From: a virus
Lineage: Duplodnaviria; Caudoviricetes
DNA length: 64,000 bases
IMG/VR virus record: IMGVR_UViG_2636415918_000004
Coordinates: 5,442 to 69,441 of that record
Direction: 5' to 3' (one strand)
In this document: piece by piece, positions 47,501 to 56,936 of the stretch
Numbering within the stretch: the stretch's first letter is position 1
Layout of the letters: each line of letters opens with the position of its first letter
Position numbers and translations under genes: made by a program
The notes under the pieces: model-generated
Databases searched by the model: none
What the model was told of the DNA's origin: nothing
What the model saw: only the letters and a program-made list of their open reading frames with translations

Positions 47501-48246
47501 GCTGTACCACCAATATGCTTAATAACGGTTTTAGGGACATTCAGACCATCACGCTCACATGCTTCTAAATATTCGTCGGGTTGATCAAATGGATCAGGCC
47601 ACGGTTCTTTAACTGCTGGACTTGCCAAGTTTTGTTTTGGTTCAAGTTTTGCCGGTTGTTGAACTGTACGATTAGTAATATTTAGCTTCTGCTTCAATGC
47701 GTTAAGGCGCTGTACAGCTTCATCATTAGACACTGGTGCATGGCTTTTTTTCTTGTGTTCCAATTGCTTTGGCGGTACATACATTTCTTGGGTGCGTCCC
47801 ACTTGTTGTGCCTTTGCAACAAATGCATTGTATGTATTAATAAATTGCTCTCGTGCAGGTTTCATATACCCATCGAAGATCATTGGCAAAACCTCATCCA
47901 ATGCAACTTTAGTTATTTGAGTGATTTGCACACTTTTATCGGCTGTAAATCGACATGCACGAGCCCAAGCTTCATCTGCTGACATCCAAGTCTCACCAAT
48001 GCACCAATCACGGAAATCAGAGAAAGACGGCATGAACTTACCGCCCGATTTCAATAATCTGTTTCGTGCACGTTCAAACTGATCAATATTGACATCACAA
48101 AGACATTCCATCGCTTTAGATTCAACAAATTCCATTGGTACGGCGTTATCACCAGTTGTAGGAAAATTCTTGTTGAATTGCGCAGCGTGAATTACTCGTA
48201 AATCTGAAATTAAGATACGGATATCCTGAATCGTAATTTTATGCAT
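47497..48246 (-). CDS. Replication protein P-like (helicase loader/accessory)
   Basis: KFMPSFSDFRDWC motif; directly downstream of the initiator. Confidence 0.6.
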   Translation of the reverse strand: MHKITIQDIRILISDLRVIHAAQFNKNFPTTGDNAVPMEFVESKAMECLCDVNIDQFERARNRLLKSGGKFMPSFSDFRDWCIGETWMSADEAWARACRFTADKSVQITQITKVALDEVLPMIFDGYMKPAREQFINTYNAFVAKAQQVGRTQEMYVPPKQLEHKKKSHAPVSNDEAVQRLNALKQKLNITNRTVQQPAKLEPKQNLASPAVKEPWPDPFDQPDEYLEACERDGLNVPKTVIKHIGGTA

Positions 48247-49216
48247 GACCGTACTCCACATTAGCTATTAGCTTTTTTGTTGGAGTTACATCCACAATTG
48301 CGTTTGCGCTTTGTTCTTCATCGAGAATGCGCTCAAAATAGCCCTTAGCTGGTTGATTAGTATTTACAGGTTGATTCGCTTTGGTTTGTTTTTCACGGCG
48401 TTTAATCACATCTTGAATATTGTTTTGAATCCAAGTAAGCCATTTCACAAACCAGATGCTCGGCGTGTTTTTATCGTTTTTCGCTGCGAAGAAATCACAA
48501 TAATCTTGTAGCAAGGTTTGAAAATCAGTTGATGAAATTGATTCATGTCTTGGTACCGCTAGATCAATGAAGTCCATTTGAAATTGTGAATGCTCACTTG
48601 CAAGTTCAAGTAACGAGTAAAACTCTTTGTCATGTGCTTTGTAGGTTGCAAACTGAATCGGGACAAAATTAACTTTTTCCTCACTCGCGTTATTACCATT
48701 ACTATCTTGGTTATTGGTTAGTGGTTCTTGGTTAATGGTTATTGGTTTAGGCTTTTTTTGGCTTTCCGTTGGGTTTTCTTGGGTTAGCGTTGGGTTTATT
48801 TCGCTTTCCGTTGGGTTTTCTTTGGATTGTTCAATTGGTTGTTCGCCTTGTTGAGATTCACCAGAATCATCACCTGTTTTTGGTTTGTTTTTCGAACCTT
48901 TTGGACGACCGCCTTGTTTGCCATTTTCTGCCTGTTTAGTTATATATGCTTTATAAGCGATTAAATCTTCTTGTATATGATTCTGAATATAAATGCCTTC
49001 CTCATTCATAACGAAGAATTTTTTCAATACAAACTTAACTGCTGCAATTTCTTCATCAGTTTCAGCCCATACCCAATCAATCGCTTGTGCTTCGCTTGGA
49101 AATGCTTCGCGGTCATAACAAGCATCCATAAGCAAGTTATAAACACCATGTTGTAAAATGTTAAGGCGACCTGCTTTACGATGATAATCACCAATTTTCT
49201 TTTCGTAGTAATGCAT
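48239..49216 (-). CDS. Replication initiator, YdaU/DUF1376 family
   Basis: MHYYEKKIGDY...QHGVYNLLMDACYDRE, NGKQGGRP and an internal repeat linker. Confidence 0.85.
   Translation of the reverse strand: MHYYEKKIGDYHRKAGRLNILQHGVYNLLMDACYDREAFPSEAQAIDWVWAETDEEIAAVKFVLKKFFVMNEEGIYIQNHIQEDLIAYKAYITKQAENGKQGGRPKGSKNKPKTGDDSGESQQGEQPIEQSKENPTESEINPTLTQENPTESQKKPKPITINQEPLTNNQDSNGNNASEEKVNFVPIQFATYKAHDKEFYSLLELASEHSQFQMDFIDLAVPRHESISSTDFQTLLQDYCDFFAAKNDKNTPSIWFVKWLTWIQNNIQDVIKRREKQTKANQPVNTNQPAKGYFERILDEEQSANAIVDVTPTKKLIANVEYGHA
48706..48822. repeat. Iteron array / probable replication origin inside the initiator gene
   Basis: GCTTTCCGTTGGGTTTTCTT at 48761 and 48803; CGTTGGGTTT at 48767, 48788, 48809 (21-bp period); TGGTT six times at 7-bp period, 48708-48747. 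Confidence 0.75.
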
Positions 49217-50376
49217 TAGAACGCCTCCATAAATAAATCTTGCTGATCAGGCATTTTTGAACTAATGCCCTCTTTTACAAACTGACATCTAGCCTGTGCT
49301 ATTCCGAAATACTCTGCTTCACGTTCAATACCCACAAAGCTAAAGCCTTCTAATATGGCTGCTTTTCCTGTACTACCCGACCCCATAAACGGATCAAGCA
49401 CTACACCACCTTTAGGCGTAACTAATCTGCACAAATAGCGCATTAGTTCAGTTGGTTTTACAGTTGGATGAAAATTCCCATTCCGCTTAGACCAATCAAC
49501 ATTTTCACAATCTCGCATTGTTGAATTCATCTGCAGCATTGGAGTATTTGAGCTTTCAGTACCTTCATTTCGATCTGTACGATTTGCTTTGGCACAATAG
49601 AAAAATCTTGCTGCTGATCCTTTGTCACCATAAGAAATTGTTTCTGTCCCATAAGGACGGCTTTCTTTACCAAATGAATTACTGGTATTACCGTTTAGGT
49701 CCTTACTTGAAGCTTTTATTTTGTTGTTACTTCCACTGGCGGTTATTGGGAAATTTGCCAAGACTTCTTCACTTCCATCATGAATTAAATTAGCTGGAAA
49801 TCTTCCGAGTTGGTTTTGAACATATACCGTGTCTCTAATACCTGCTTTTACAGAGTTATACGCATTGCCTTTAATGTTGTTATTTTTAGTACTGGCAATC
49901 TCATCAGCCGTTTGAACCCGGCATTCGTCTATATTGATAGCGCCTGTGCCGTATAACTCAACATTTTGAGCAACCGTACCAATTAAAGGTTTACGTGCGA
50001 AAGTAATCGGTTCAAGCGCTGGTTTTAATGCAGTACCCCAACCTTGCCATTCACCATCGAGGTTGTGAGATTTTGGAAAGCCTGAACCATAGATCCAAGC
50101 AATCATGTCTCTAATCTCAAAACCTGCATCTTCAATATTGCAAGCCATACGATGCTGTGTACGAGTACCAGCAAATGCTAGTAAGTGCCCACCGGGTTTA
50201 AGAACGCGAATACATTCTTGCCAAATTTCAATGCTTGGTACTTCACAATCCCATTTTTTGCCCATGAACTTAAGTCCATAAGGCGGATCAGTAACAATGC
50301 TGTCTATTGAGTTATCAGAAAGTTCTTTCAAAACTTGTAAACAATCACCTTGATATAAATTGAATGGTTGCGTCAT
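49216..50376 (-). CDS. Orphan DNA methyltransferase (N6-A/N4-C, beta class)
   Basis: VTDPPY, HPTVKP and VLDPFMGSGSTG. Confidence 0.92.
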   Translation of the reverse strand: MTQPFNLYQGDCLQVLKELSDNSIDSIVTDPPYGLKFMGKKWDCEVPSIEIWQECIRVLKPGGHLLAFAGTRTQHRMACNIEDAGFEIRDMIAWIYGSGFPKSHNLDGEWQGWGTALKPALEPITFARKPLIGTVAQNVELYGTGAINIDECRVQTADEIASTKNNNIKGNAYNSVKAGIRDTVYVQNQLGRFPANLIHDGSEEVLANFPITASGSNNKIKASSKDLNGNTSNSFGKESRPYGTETISYGDKGSAARFFYCAKANRTDRNEGTESSNTPMLQMNSTMRDCENVDWSKRNGNFHPTVKPTELMRYLCRLVTPKGGVVLDPFMGSGSTGKAAILEGFSFVGIEREAEYFGIAQARCQFVKEGISSKMPDQQDLFMEAF

Positions 50377-52163
50377 TTTTCACCACCATTGAAAAAAACA
50401 TTATTTACTCGAGCAATTGCTGCCATCGGCATAGGCGAAACACTATTCCCACACATATGGACCTGTTCTGTTTTAGTTAGTGGCTTACCATCATGACCTT
50501 GTTCAATGACGTAAGAATCTGGAAAACCTTGGCCTTTATATAGCTCTCTTGGCTTGAGCATTCGAATTCGAATATCTACAATTACCCAAGGTTCACCTTT
50601 AATCCAAACAGTAACCAGAGCTAGACGATCTTTTGTGGTCAGTGTGTCTAGTGGTGCAGTGATGTCACGAGCATCGCCATTACCATAGAAATTGATAAAA
50701 AAGGCAGCTACTTGTAAGGCACCATTAAGATCTGTTTGACTAAAATGTGCTGAAATAAGCTGTTGCTGGCTTCCAGTATTCGTGATGGTTGATAAAGGCT
50801 CGAAAAGATGTCGCCCATCTGTCTCATTAAAACCACCATTGGCTTGCATCATGTAAGCTGCAACCAAGTTGCGACTTGAACCAGAAGCCGTGATAGTTCC
50901 TAGAGGATCAAGAATATTGTCACATCCATCACTCCATCTTGGATTTTCTGGTGTACCTTCTCCATGTCCAGCATGAATAAGCAATGGTGCAACTAAACCA
51001 TGATGCCCACCTTTAACTTGAGCACAAATTGTTGTTAATGGTTGATCAGCAGACCAATTCCGCTGTTGAGATGCATTGGCAAACTCAGTCAGAAATGGCG
51101 CAATAATTGGACTAACCAAAGCACTATGACCACCAAATGCTGATGTCGTAGTTGCCAAAGGTTCAGTTATTTCATGCCCTGTTGAAGTCCCAAAGTCTCG
51201 GCTAATAAACGGTAATGTTGACTCAACCAAATAAGGATCATCTGTTTCTAAAACAAATTTTTTAAGTCCGCGAGCAATACGCTTTAATGTCGCGTCAGCC
51301 AATGGTTTTGGGCGATTGAAAATAGATTTTCCAAGGTCACTAAAATCTATGATTTCAGCAGCTGCACGCCACTTTTGCTTTTTCTTGGTTGCTTTAGTTA
51401 CTTTCGATTTCTTTATGTGCGTTGGTTCAGGCCACACAATTGGCTGACCATCACATCGAGCAATAACAAATAAACGCTCGCGAGTAGTTGGAGCACCAAA
51501 GTCAGCAGCAACAAGCTTTTTCCACTCCACCACATAGCCCAATCGCTCAAGATGACGAACAAATTGTTTCCATGTTTGACCAATTCTTTTTGGATCAGGT
51601 ACTAAAAATTGATTATCTCGTGGAACATATTCACCAGGTTCAGCAACTCGATACTGTTTTTTTCCATTAACAATTATTTTGTCTAAAGTAATTACTCGAC
51701 CTGTTGCTTTATCACGTTTAGCAATCAGTGGTCCCCAGTTAAGCATCTGCTTAACATTTTCCATTGAGATAACGTCTGGTTTAACCTTGCCAGCAAATTT
51801 AGGAATAACCCAAGCTAAATCGCGAATCTCTTTTTTCCGTGGTTGACCGCCAGCAGCTTGGGAGTGATGAGTACAATCCGGACTCGCATGAAACCAGCCG
51901 ACTGGATACCCCTCACAGATTTCTACAGGATCTACTGCAAAAACATCCTGAACATAATGTTTTGCGTGAGGATGATTAGCCTCATGCATTGATAGTGCTT
52001 TGGGATTGTGATTTACAGCTGCAAATACGCTTCGGTTTAGACCCATTTCTAAACCTGTGCTTGCTCCACCGCCACCAGCAAAGAAATCTACGATAATTTT
52101 TTCAGAGAAATTTAAATCAAATTGAGTTTTAAAAGAGTGTGATAATTTTACAAAGGTAGTCAT
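50373..52163 (-). CDS. Orphan C5-cytosine DNA methyltransferase
   Basis: DFFAGGGG, ASPDCTHHS, MENV, TTRERLF and CGNSV. Confidence 0.92.
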   Translation of the reverse strand: MTTFVKLSHSFKTQFDLNFSEKIIVDFFAGGGGASTGLEMGLNRSVFAAVNHNPKALSMHEANHPHAKHYVQDVFAVDPVEICEGYPVGWFHASPDCTHHSQAAGGQPRKKEIRDLAWVIPKFAGKVKPDVISMENVKQMLNWGPLIAKRDKATGRVITLDKIIVNGKKQYRVAEPGEYVPRDNQFLVPDPKRIGQTWKQFVRHLERLGYVVEWKKLVAADFGAPTTRERLFVIARCDGQPIVWPEPTHIKKSKVTKATKKKQKWRAAAEIIDFSDLGKSIFNRPKPLADATLKRIARGLKKFVLETDDPYLVESTLPFISRDFGTSTGHEITEPLATTTSAFGGHSALVSPIIAPFLTEFANASQQRNWSADQPLTTICAQVKGGHHGLVAPLLIHAGHGEGTPENPRWSDGCDNILDPLGTITASGSSRNLVAAYMMQANGGFNETDGRHLFEPLSTITNTGSQQQLISAHFSQTDLNGALQVAAFFINFYGNGDARDITAPLDTLTTKDRLALVTVWIKGEPWVIVDIRIRMLKPRELYKGQGFPDSYVIEQGHDGKPLTKTEQVHMCGNSVSPMPMAAIARVNNVFFNGGEK

Positions 52164-52714
52164 TGAGCTGCCCCTTTAACCACGTACTTAATCTCTCCAT
52201 TCAAAATTGCTTGGATCAATCGTTTGTGTTGAGGTGCCCAATATAGGGATTTGACATAAACTCTTAATTTTCCATAATCATGCTGTTTCCGTTTTATAAA
52301 CCAATCAGCTTCTTGGTGCGTTAAGAAAACACCAACATCAAACCATTCAACTTTAAAATTTGTTTTATAAAGATGTAGATCATTATCATTTGAGAATTTT
52401 TTTAAAACATCGCTTTGATCACATGCATCAAGATCAGTAAAAAGCTCACTATGAGCATCAATTGCTAAAGCATTGAGTGCATGTTTATCTTCTGCATCTA
52501 GTTCATTAAAGTAATCAAGTGCAGTATCGAACTCTGTACCTTCTTCTCCATCTATCCAGCAACTCTTATCTGAATATTCTGAATTAAGTCCATAGACTTT
52601 TTTTTCTTCCTGAACATGAAAAATAGGACTTGCTGTACCAAGATTAAAATTTGTTTGAGAAGATTTAAGGTCAGCAACCAATTGTAGCCATTCTTCTAAT
52701 GTAAATTGGCTCAT
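52160..52714 (-). CDS. Conserved phage hypothetical protein
   Basis: TASPIFHVQE...KQHDYGKLRVYV; coupled ORF. Confidence 0.6.
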   Translation of the reverse strand: MSQFTLEEWLQLVADLKSSQTNFNLGTASPIFHVQEEKKVYGLNSEYSDKSCWIDGEEGTEFDTALDYFNELDAEDKHALNALAIDAHSELFTDLDACDQSDVLKKFSNDNDLHLYKTNFKVEWFDVGVFLTHQEADWFIKRKQHDYGKLRVYVKSLYWAPQHKRLIQAILNGEIKYVVKGAAQ

Positions 52715-53502
52715 ACCATCACCTCATCTAATTTCTTAAATTCGGCAATGACATCTTTCAGAATGTCTAATAGAAATACATAGTGGCTATTTGATAAGCT
52801 AGGATTTTTATCCCACCACCAATCATCACCAAGTAAATTACTTAATAACTGTAATGAATCGCCATCAAGCAAATCGTAGAGATGTGCAGCACCATTAAAA
52901 TTTTTATCTGAAATATCATCATAAGCGGAACGCAATTGCTTTTTAGTAATGTCACCAGACTTACGAGCATTTTTAAGATCATCAAGATAGTTAGTTGCAA
53001 ACCATTCAAAAAATTCCTCACCACTTTGAACAGGAACGGTTTTCAACAATTTAGGGAAAAGTTTTTTTATCAAATAATATTCATCACATTGCGCAATGAA
53101 CTTTTTAAATGAGGCTTGACCTACATGACCAAAAAAACTACTTCCAGCGAAATCATCACAAACTAGTGTAATTCGTCCACCGCCAAGGCTATAGGTAGAA
53201 TTAAGTTCGATATAGACAATTGCCCAATGATCTTTGTATGGACCAATACTTGATAGAACTATCTTCTCAATAGGCTGGTTTTTTTCTTCAGGCAAACGCT
53301 TATTAGCTTCTACCTCTGTATTTGTAGCTTTACGTTCAATCTGTGATTCAAGATGTGCTGTTTCAGAAGATGTAGAAAGGTTGAGTAACCGATATTTAAT
53401 CGTTCTATTACCAATTTTGAAAACCTTAACAATCTGAAATACATGATTAGATTTCTTTTTCAAAATTAAATCATTGATCTGGAATTTTGGTGTTTTCTTC
53501 AT
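52711..53502 (-). CDS. Hypothetical protein (RxATxxE domain fused to a second domain)
   Basis: Coupled ORF. Confidence 0.6.
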   Translation of the reverse strand: MKKTPKFQINDLILKKKSNHVFQIVKVFKIGNRTIKYRLLNLSTSSETAHLESQIERKATNTEVEANKRLPEEKNQPIEKIVLSSIGPYKDHWAIVYIELNSTYSLGGGRITLVCDDFAGSSFFGHVGQASFKKFIAQCDEYYLIKKLFPKLLKTVPVQSGEEFFEWFATNYLDDLKNARKSGDITKKQLRSAYDDISDKNFNGAAHLYDLLDGDSLQLLSNLLGDDWWWDKNPSLSNSHYVFLLDILKDVIAEFKKLDEVMV

Positions 53503-53786
53503 GCAGCACCTGCCCGTGCTTCATCAGCAACTACAACAAAAACGCTTTCACCATTAAAATTGATTAAGTTCGAAGCAAATAACGATGATTCAATTTGCTC
53601 ACAAACGTCATCTTTTAATTGATGTTCAAAGGCTAAACGTGCTTTCCAATCCTCACGCCAAACTTGATCGTCTGGAGAAGATGCCTGAATTGCTTCTTGC
53701 TGCATTTCTAACAAAAGTGAAATTGCCGACTTATGGAAATTGAAAACACATTGAAGGTGTGGACGATTATTCTTGTTTGATTTCAT
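53499..53786 (-). CDS. Hypothetical protein
   Basis: Coupled ORF. Confidence 0.55.
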   Translation of the reverse strand: MKSNKNNRPHLQCVFNFHKSAISLLLEMQQEAIQASSPDDQVWREDWKARLAFEHQLKDDVCEQIESSLFASNLINFNGESVFVVVADEARAGAA

Positions 53787-54562
53787 TATCGAGCACCTAC
53801 CAACTTTTGTAGGCGATCAAGATCAAATTTGCTTTGACATGACTTTGTTAAATGAAACCACAATAAATATGCACCATCTGCTTGATTATCAAATGAATCA
53901 GCTTCTGAATGATTTTCATCTTCCAGAGCTACTTCTTTTTGCAAATTAAAATACTGAATACGTTCAACTGTGCTTTGTGTAATTTGCTCGTATGTGAAAT
54001 TACTATCTGCAAAAGTAGCAATCACTGGCGATTGGATAGTCTCTAAAGTATTTCTTAAATCATTAAGAGCAACACTATCTGCAATAGCTTTGTTGAATCC
54101 CATGATTCTTAATTCTTGTTGTGACCATGCCCCATCTACCCAGATAAAGATTTCTTTAGTTCGAAAATCAATCTTTTCAAAATAACGATCAAAATGAGTC
54201 GCACCTACTGGAGCATTTTCAACAATGTATTGAATTGCTTTGATGCCACCAAAAACCGTGACAAAGTATTTATTACAAGCTTGTTGAAGCTGATCTAAAG
54301 AAATTAGATTTTCATTAGAACGAGTGCCGTAGTAGTAGTTTTTTTCTAATGAGTACCAATCAAATGCATCAGGATTACCGTTAAGAATTTTAAGAGCTGC
54401 TTTAATGCCCCCCACTAGATTTAAAACAGCCTGAAAATCTTGATTATTTTCAGAAACAGTTTCTTGCTGCTTAATTAAACAATGGCTACATTGTTCACCA
54501 GTTTTTTTAAATTCCGTACATTTGTTTGCACAGCTATGTTCTGATAAAGTAGTTGAGTTCAT
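53786..54562 (-). CDS. Hypothetical protein with a Cys cluster and APVGATH domain
   Basis: gagga RBS before MNSTTLS; CxxxC...CxxC. Confidence 0.55.
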   Translation of the reverse strand: MNSTTLSEHSCANKCTEFKKTGEQCSHCLIKQQETVSENNQDFQAVLNLVGGIKAALKILNGNPDAFDWYSLEKNYYYGTRSNENLISLDQLQQACNKYFVTVFGGIKAIQYIVENAPVGATHFDRYFEKIDFRTKEIFIWVDGAWSQQELRIMGFNKAIADSVALNDLRNTLETIQSPVIATFADSNFTYEQITQSTVERIQYFNLQKEVALEDENHSEADSFDNQADGAYLLWFHLTKSCQSKFDLDRLQKLVGAR

Positions 54563-54623
54563 TTTTTCCTCGAAGTTAAATGAATAAAATTTTTTGACCG
54601 CTTCTTGCGCCAACAAGAAGCGG

Positions 54624-55280
54624 TTAAACCAAACCTTCACTGGTTAATTTTTCGATTACCCAAGCTTCTCCTTTTGTTGTGAACATTGGCTGTGAAAAGC
54701 CAAGTCCTGTTTGTTTCACTTCTCCAAAACCTTTATCGATAAACCACTGTTGGAATAAACGCGCACGTTTAACGCCTTTGTGATAAACATCAAAAATGTC
54801 TAAAAGCTTGTTTAGTTTTACTGCTGAAATTTTTATTTTCTGAGCGACCTGCGAAGCATTAAGCAGTGTTGAGCGCTCAACGATCTTGTCGTAATACTCA
54901 ACCTTCGGCGCTGCAAGTTCTAATTGACGTGCTTGATTGGCTGCTAATTGCAAAGCTTCAGCATATGTTTGAGGAATTTGTGCTTGTTGCTGTTTTAGAA
55001 TTTCTAAAACCTTTCTGCGAACACCCTTAGACTCACGCATTGCAACTAAGATGCACTGATCATGATTAAGAAATGCTGCAACTGTGACCGTATTATTCTG
55101 ATTATTCACAACGAAGGTTTCGTAGTGCTCACCTTCTAATTCATCAAAAACACGCGGATGAAAATCATTAAGTCGAATTTGAGACTCACCAAATTGATTG
55201 CGAACCTGGTTAATGATTTTTAATAGTTCAATACTTGAAAACTGATTAGCTGACGCTTGATTTAAAACAATTTGATTCAT
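54624..55280 (-). CDS. Phage antirepressor (KilAC/ANT domain)
   Basis: IPQTYAEALQLAA...APKVEYYD...FTTKGEAWV. Confidence 0.85.
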   Translation of the reverse strand: MNQIVLNQASANQFSSIELLKIINQVRNQFGESQIRLNDFHPRVFDELEGEHYETFVVNNQNNTVTVAAFLNHDQCILVAMRESKGVRRKVLEILKQQQAQIPQTYAEALQLAANQARQLELAAPKVEYYDKIVERSTLLNASQVAQKIKISAVKLNKLLDIFDVYHKGVKRARLFQQWFIDKGFGEVKQTGLGFSQPMFTTKGEAWVIEKLTSEGLV

Positions 55281-55336
55281 AGTTTTTCAACCTCTCCCTT
55301 TTCTAGTAACTCAATCCCAAAAGTGTTTTTGTTTTT

Positions 55337-55582
55337 CTATTCTTGAAATACAATTGGATCTAATTTGCTCTTAGCTATTCCTGTAACTTCTGAAATAACG
55401 GGAATATATTTAGGAGGGATGCGGTCTTGAGAAATCCAAGATTGAACTGATTGATATGAATAATTCTTTCCATTTTTTTTAGTAATTAAACGAGCGACCG
55501 CACTTACTCCACCTGCTTTTTGGATCGCAGCTTTGACTAAGTTTTCGTTAATTACTTCAACGTTGGTTTGATTGTTATTCAT
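55337..55582 (-). CDS. cro: Cro-like repressor
   Basis: AIQKAGGVSAVARL...SYQSVQSW...IPPKY; divergent from cI. Confidence 0.8.
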   Translation of the reverse strand: MNNNQTNVEVINENLVKAAIQKAGGVSAVARLITKKNGKNYSYQSVQSWISQDRIPPKYIPVISEVTGIAKSKLDPIVFQE

Positions 55583-55607
55583 TACAGGTTAAGCCCTACT
55601 AGCTAAT

Positions 55608-55694
55608 TACAAGTATTACTTTAAAGAATACAAGAATTACTTGCAATGACTTTTTTAAAGAATTGCTTTATATTTAGTACAAGATTTTCTTGTG
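55608..55694. promoter_or_regulatory. Three 17-bp operators TACAAG-N5-CTT(G/T)xx between cro and cI
   Basis: TACAAGTATTACTTTAA 55608-55624, TACAAGAATTACTTGCA 55629-55645, TACAAGATTTTCTTGTG 55678-55694. Confidence 0.8.
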
Positions 55695-55703
55695 TGCATT
55701 GAG

Positions 55704-56348
55704 ATGAACAAGCTTGAAATGGGTAAGCGAATCGCGAAAAAGCGTGAAGCTAAAGGTTTAGACCAGACAGAATTAGCGCATTTGCTTGAAATTACACCTC
55801 AAGCAGTGCAGCAATGGGAAGCTGGTCAAACTTCACCTCGCGGAAAAAATCTTGAAGCTTTAACAAATACTTTAGGGTGTACAAAAGCATATCTGTTTGG
55901 TGAAGAAGATGAATTAAAACCAATAAACCGAGCGCGATATGTTCCTCTGATTGATTGGGTTGCAGCTGGTAATTGGAATGATCGCCATCTCGAAATATTA
56001 GATAAATATCCAAAGATTCTTTGTATGTTTAATGTCGGACCTAATGGCTATGCCCTTGAAGTTAAAGGTGAAAGCATGAAGGATGAGTATAAACCAAAAG
56101 ATATTATCTTTGTAAATCCTGATCTTAAGCCTGAGATTGGTGATGATGTTATCGCTTGGTGTTCAAATGGTTCTACCTTTAAAAGACTGATCGAAAATGA
56201 TAATGGTTCTTTTCTTTTGAAAGCTCTAAATACTGAGTGGGTACCACGGTATATGCCTCTTGATGAAACTTGTTATTTGACTGGTACCGTGGTTGGTTCT
56301 ATCAGCTCTAAAACCAATCAAGATTTAAGTCAGTTATTACTTATGTAA
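55704..56348 (+). CDS. cI: CI-like repressor (HTH plus S24 autopeptidase)
   Basis: LDQTELA...AVQQWEAG HTH; VAAG cleavage site; VKGESM Ser; TFKRL Lys. Confidence 0.92.
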   Translation: MNKLEMGKRIAKKREAKGLDQTELAHLLEITPQAVQQWEAGQTSPRGKNLEALTNTLGCTKAYLFGEEDELKPINRARYVPLIDWVAAGNWNDRHLEILDKYPKILCMFNVGPNGYALEVKGESMKDEYKPKDIIFVNPDLKPEIGDDVIAWCSNGSTFKRLIENDNGSFLLKALNTEWVPRYMPLDETCYLTGTVVGSISSKTNQDLSQLLLM

Positions 56349-56362
56349 TTTTTTGCAAATAG

Positions 56363-56390
56363 AAAGCCTGCATAATGCAGGCTTTTTTTT
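56363..56390 (+). terminator. Terminator after cI
   Basis: aaagcctgca-taa-tgcaggc followed by a T-run. Confidence 0.8.
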
Positions 56391-56405
56391 GCTCCGATAT
56401 AAAAA

Positions 56406-56451
56406 TACAAGAATTTCTTTAAATAAATATTGAATACAAGATTTACTTGTA
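56406..56451. promoter_or_regulatory. Two further operators over the early-arm promoter
   Basis: TACAAGAATTTCTTTAA 56406-56422 and TACAAGATTTACTTGTA 56435-56451. Confidence 0.8.
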
Positions 56452-56488
56452 ATAAGATCATTTCACCACAACAAAAACCTAATGTTAG

Positions 56489-56872
56489 GTGAATGAAATG
56501 CCAGTTAAAAACACTTCGTTCTGTCAAACACTCTCTAATCTTCAACGTGGTTCAACCATTGATGAATTAGATCAGTTATTGACTGATGCATTACAGGCTT
56601 CACAAGATACAGGCAAAGTCAGCAAATTAACGGTGACTTTGACTATTAAACCAAATGGAAAAGGCACGTATAAAATTACGGATGATGTCAAATCCACGCT
56701 TCCTAAATTCGATAAAGAAGCAACAGTTTTGTTTACAGATAGTGATCAACAGTTAGTACGTGAAGATCCTCGTCAACAAAAATTAAACCTTGAGCAAATC
56801 GACTCAGGCACACCAGTTGAGCTTAAGAAAATTCCAGCTGAAGACAAACCACAAATTAAGTCATTAAGTTAA
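56489..56872 (+). CDS. Conserved phage protein usually paired with DUF2303
   Basis: TGKVSKLTVTLTIKP...LVREDPRQQKL. Confidence 0.7.
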   Translation: MNEMPVKNTSFCQTLSNLQRGSTIDELDQLLTDALQASQDTGKVSKLTVTLTIKPNGKGTYKITDDVKSTLPKFDKEATVLFTDSDQQLVREDPRQQKLNLEQIDSGTPVELKKIPAEDKPQIKSLS

Positions 56873-56936
56873 TTCGTTAGCTTTTGATATAGCTCGCTTT
56901 TTAAATTTCCACTAACCATTTTAAAGGTTAATAACG

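Noticed and set aside
48706-48822. Short repeats as a possible CRISPR array
   Set aside because: No unique spacers; in-frame inside the replication initiator, which fits iterons
43846-52163. Restriction-modification system from the nuclease and methyltransferases
   Set aside because: Genes are not adjacent and the nuclease resembles the common phage MmcB-like family
939-54185. Many short plus-strand ORFs (e.g. 17322-17762) and nested minus-strand ORFs
   Set aside because: Antisense or off-frame shadows of long genes with no recognisable motifs
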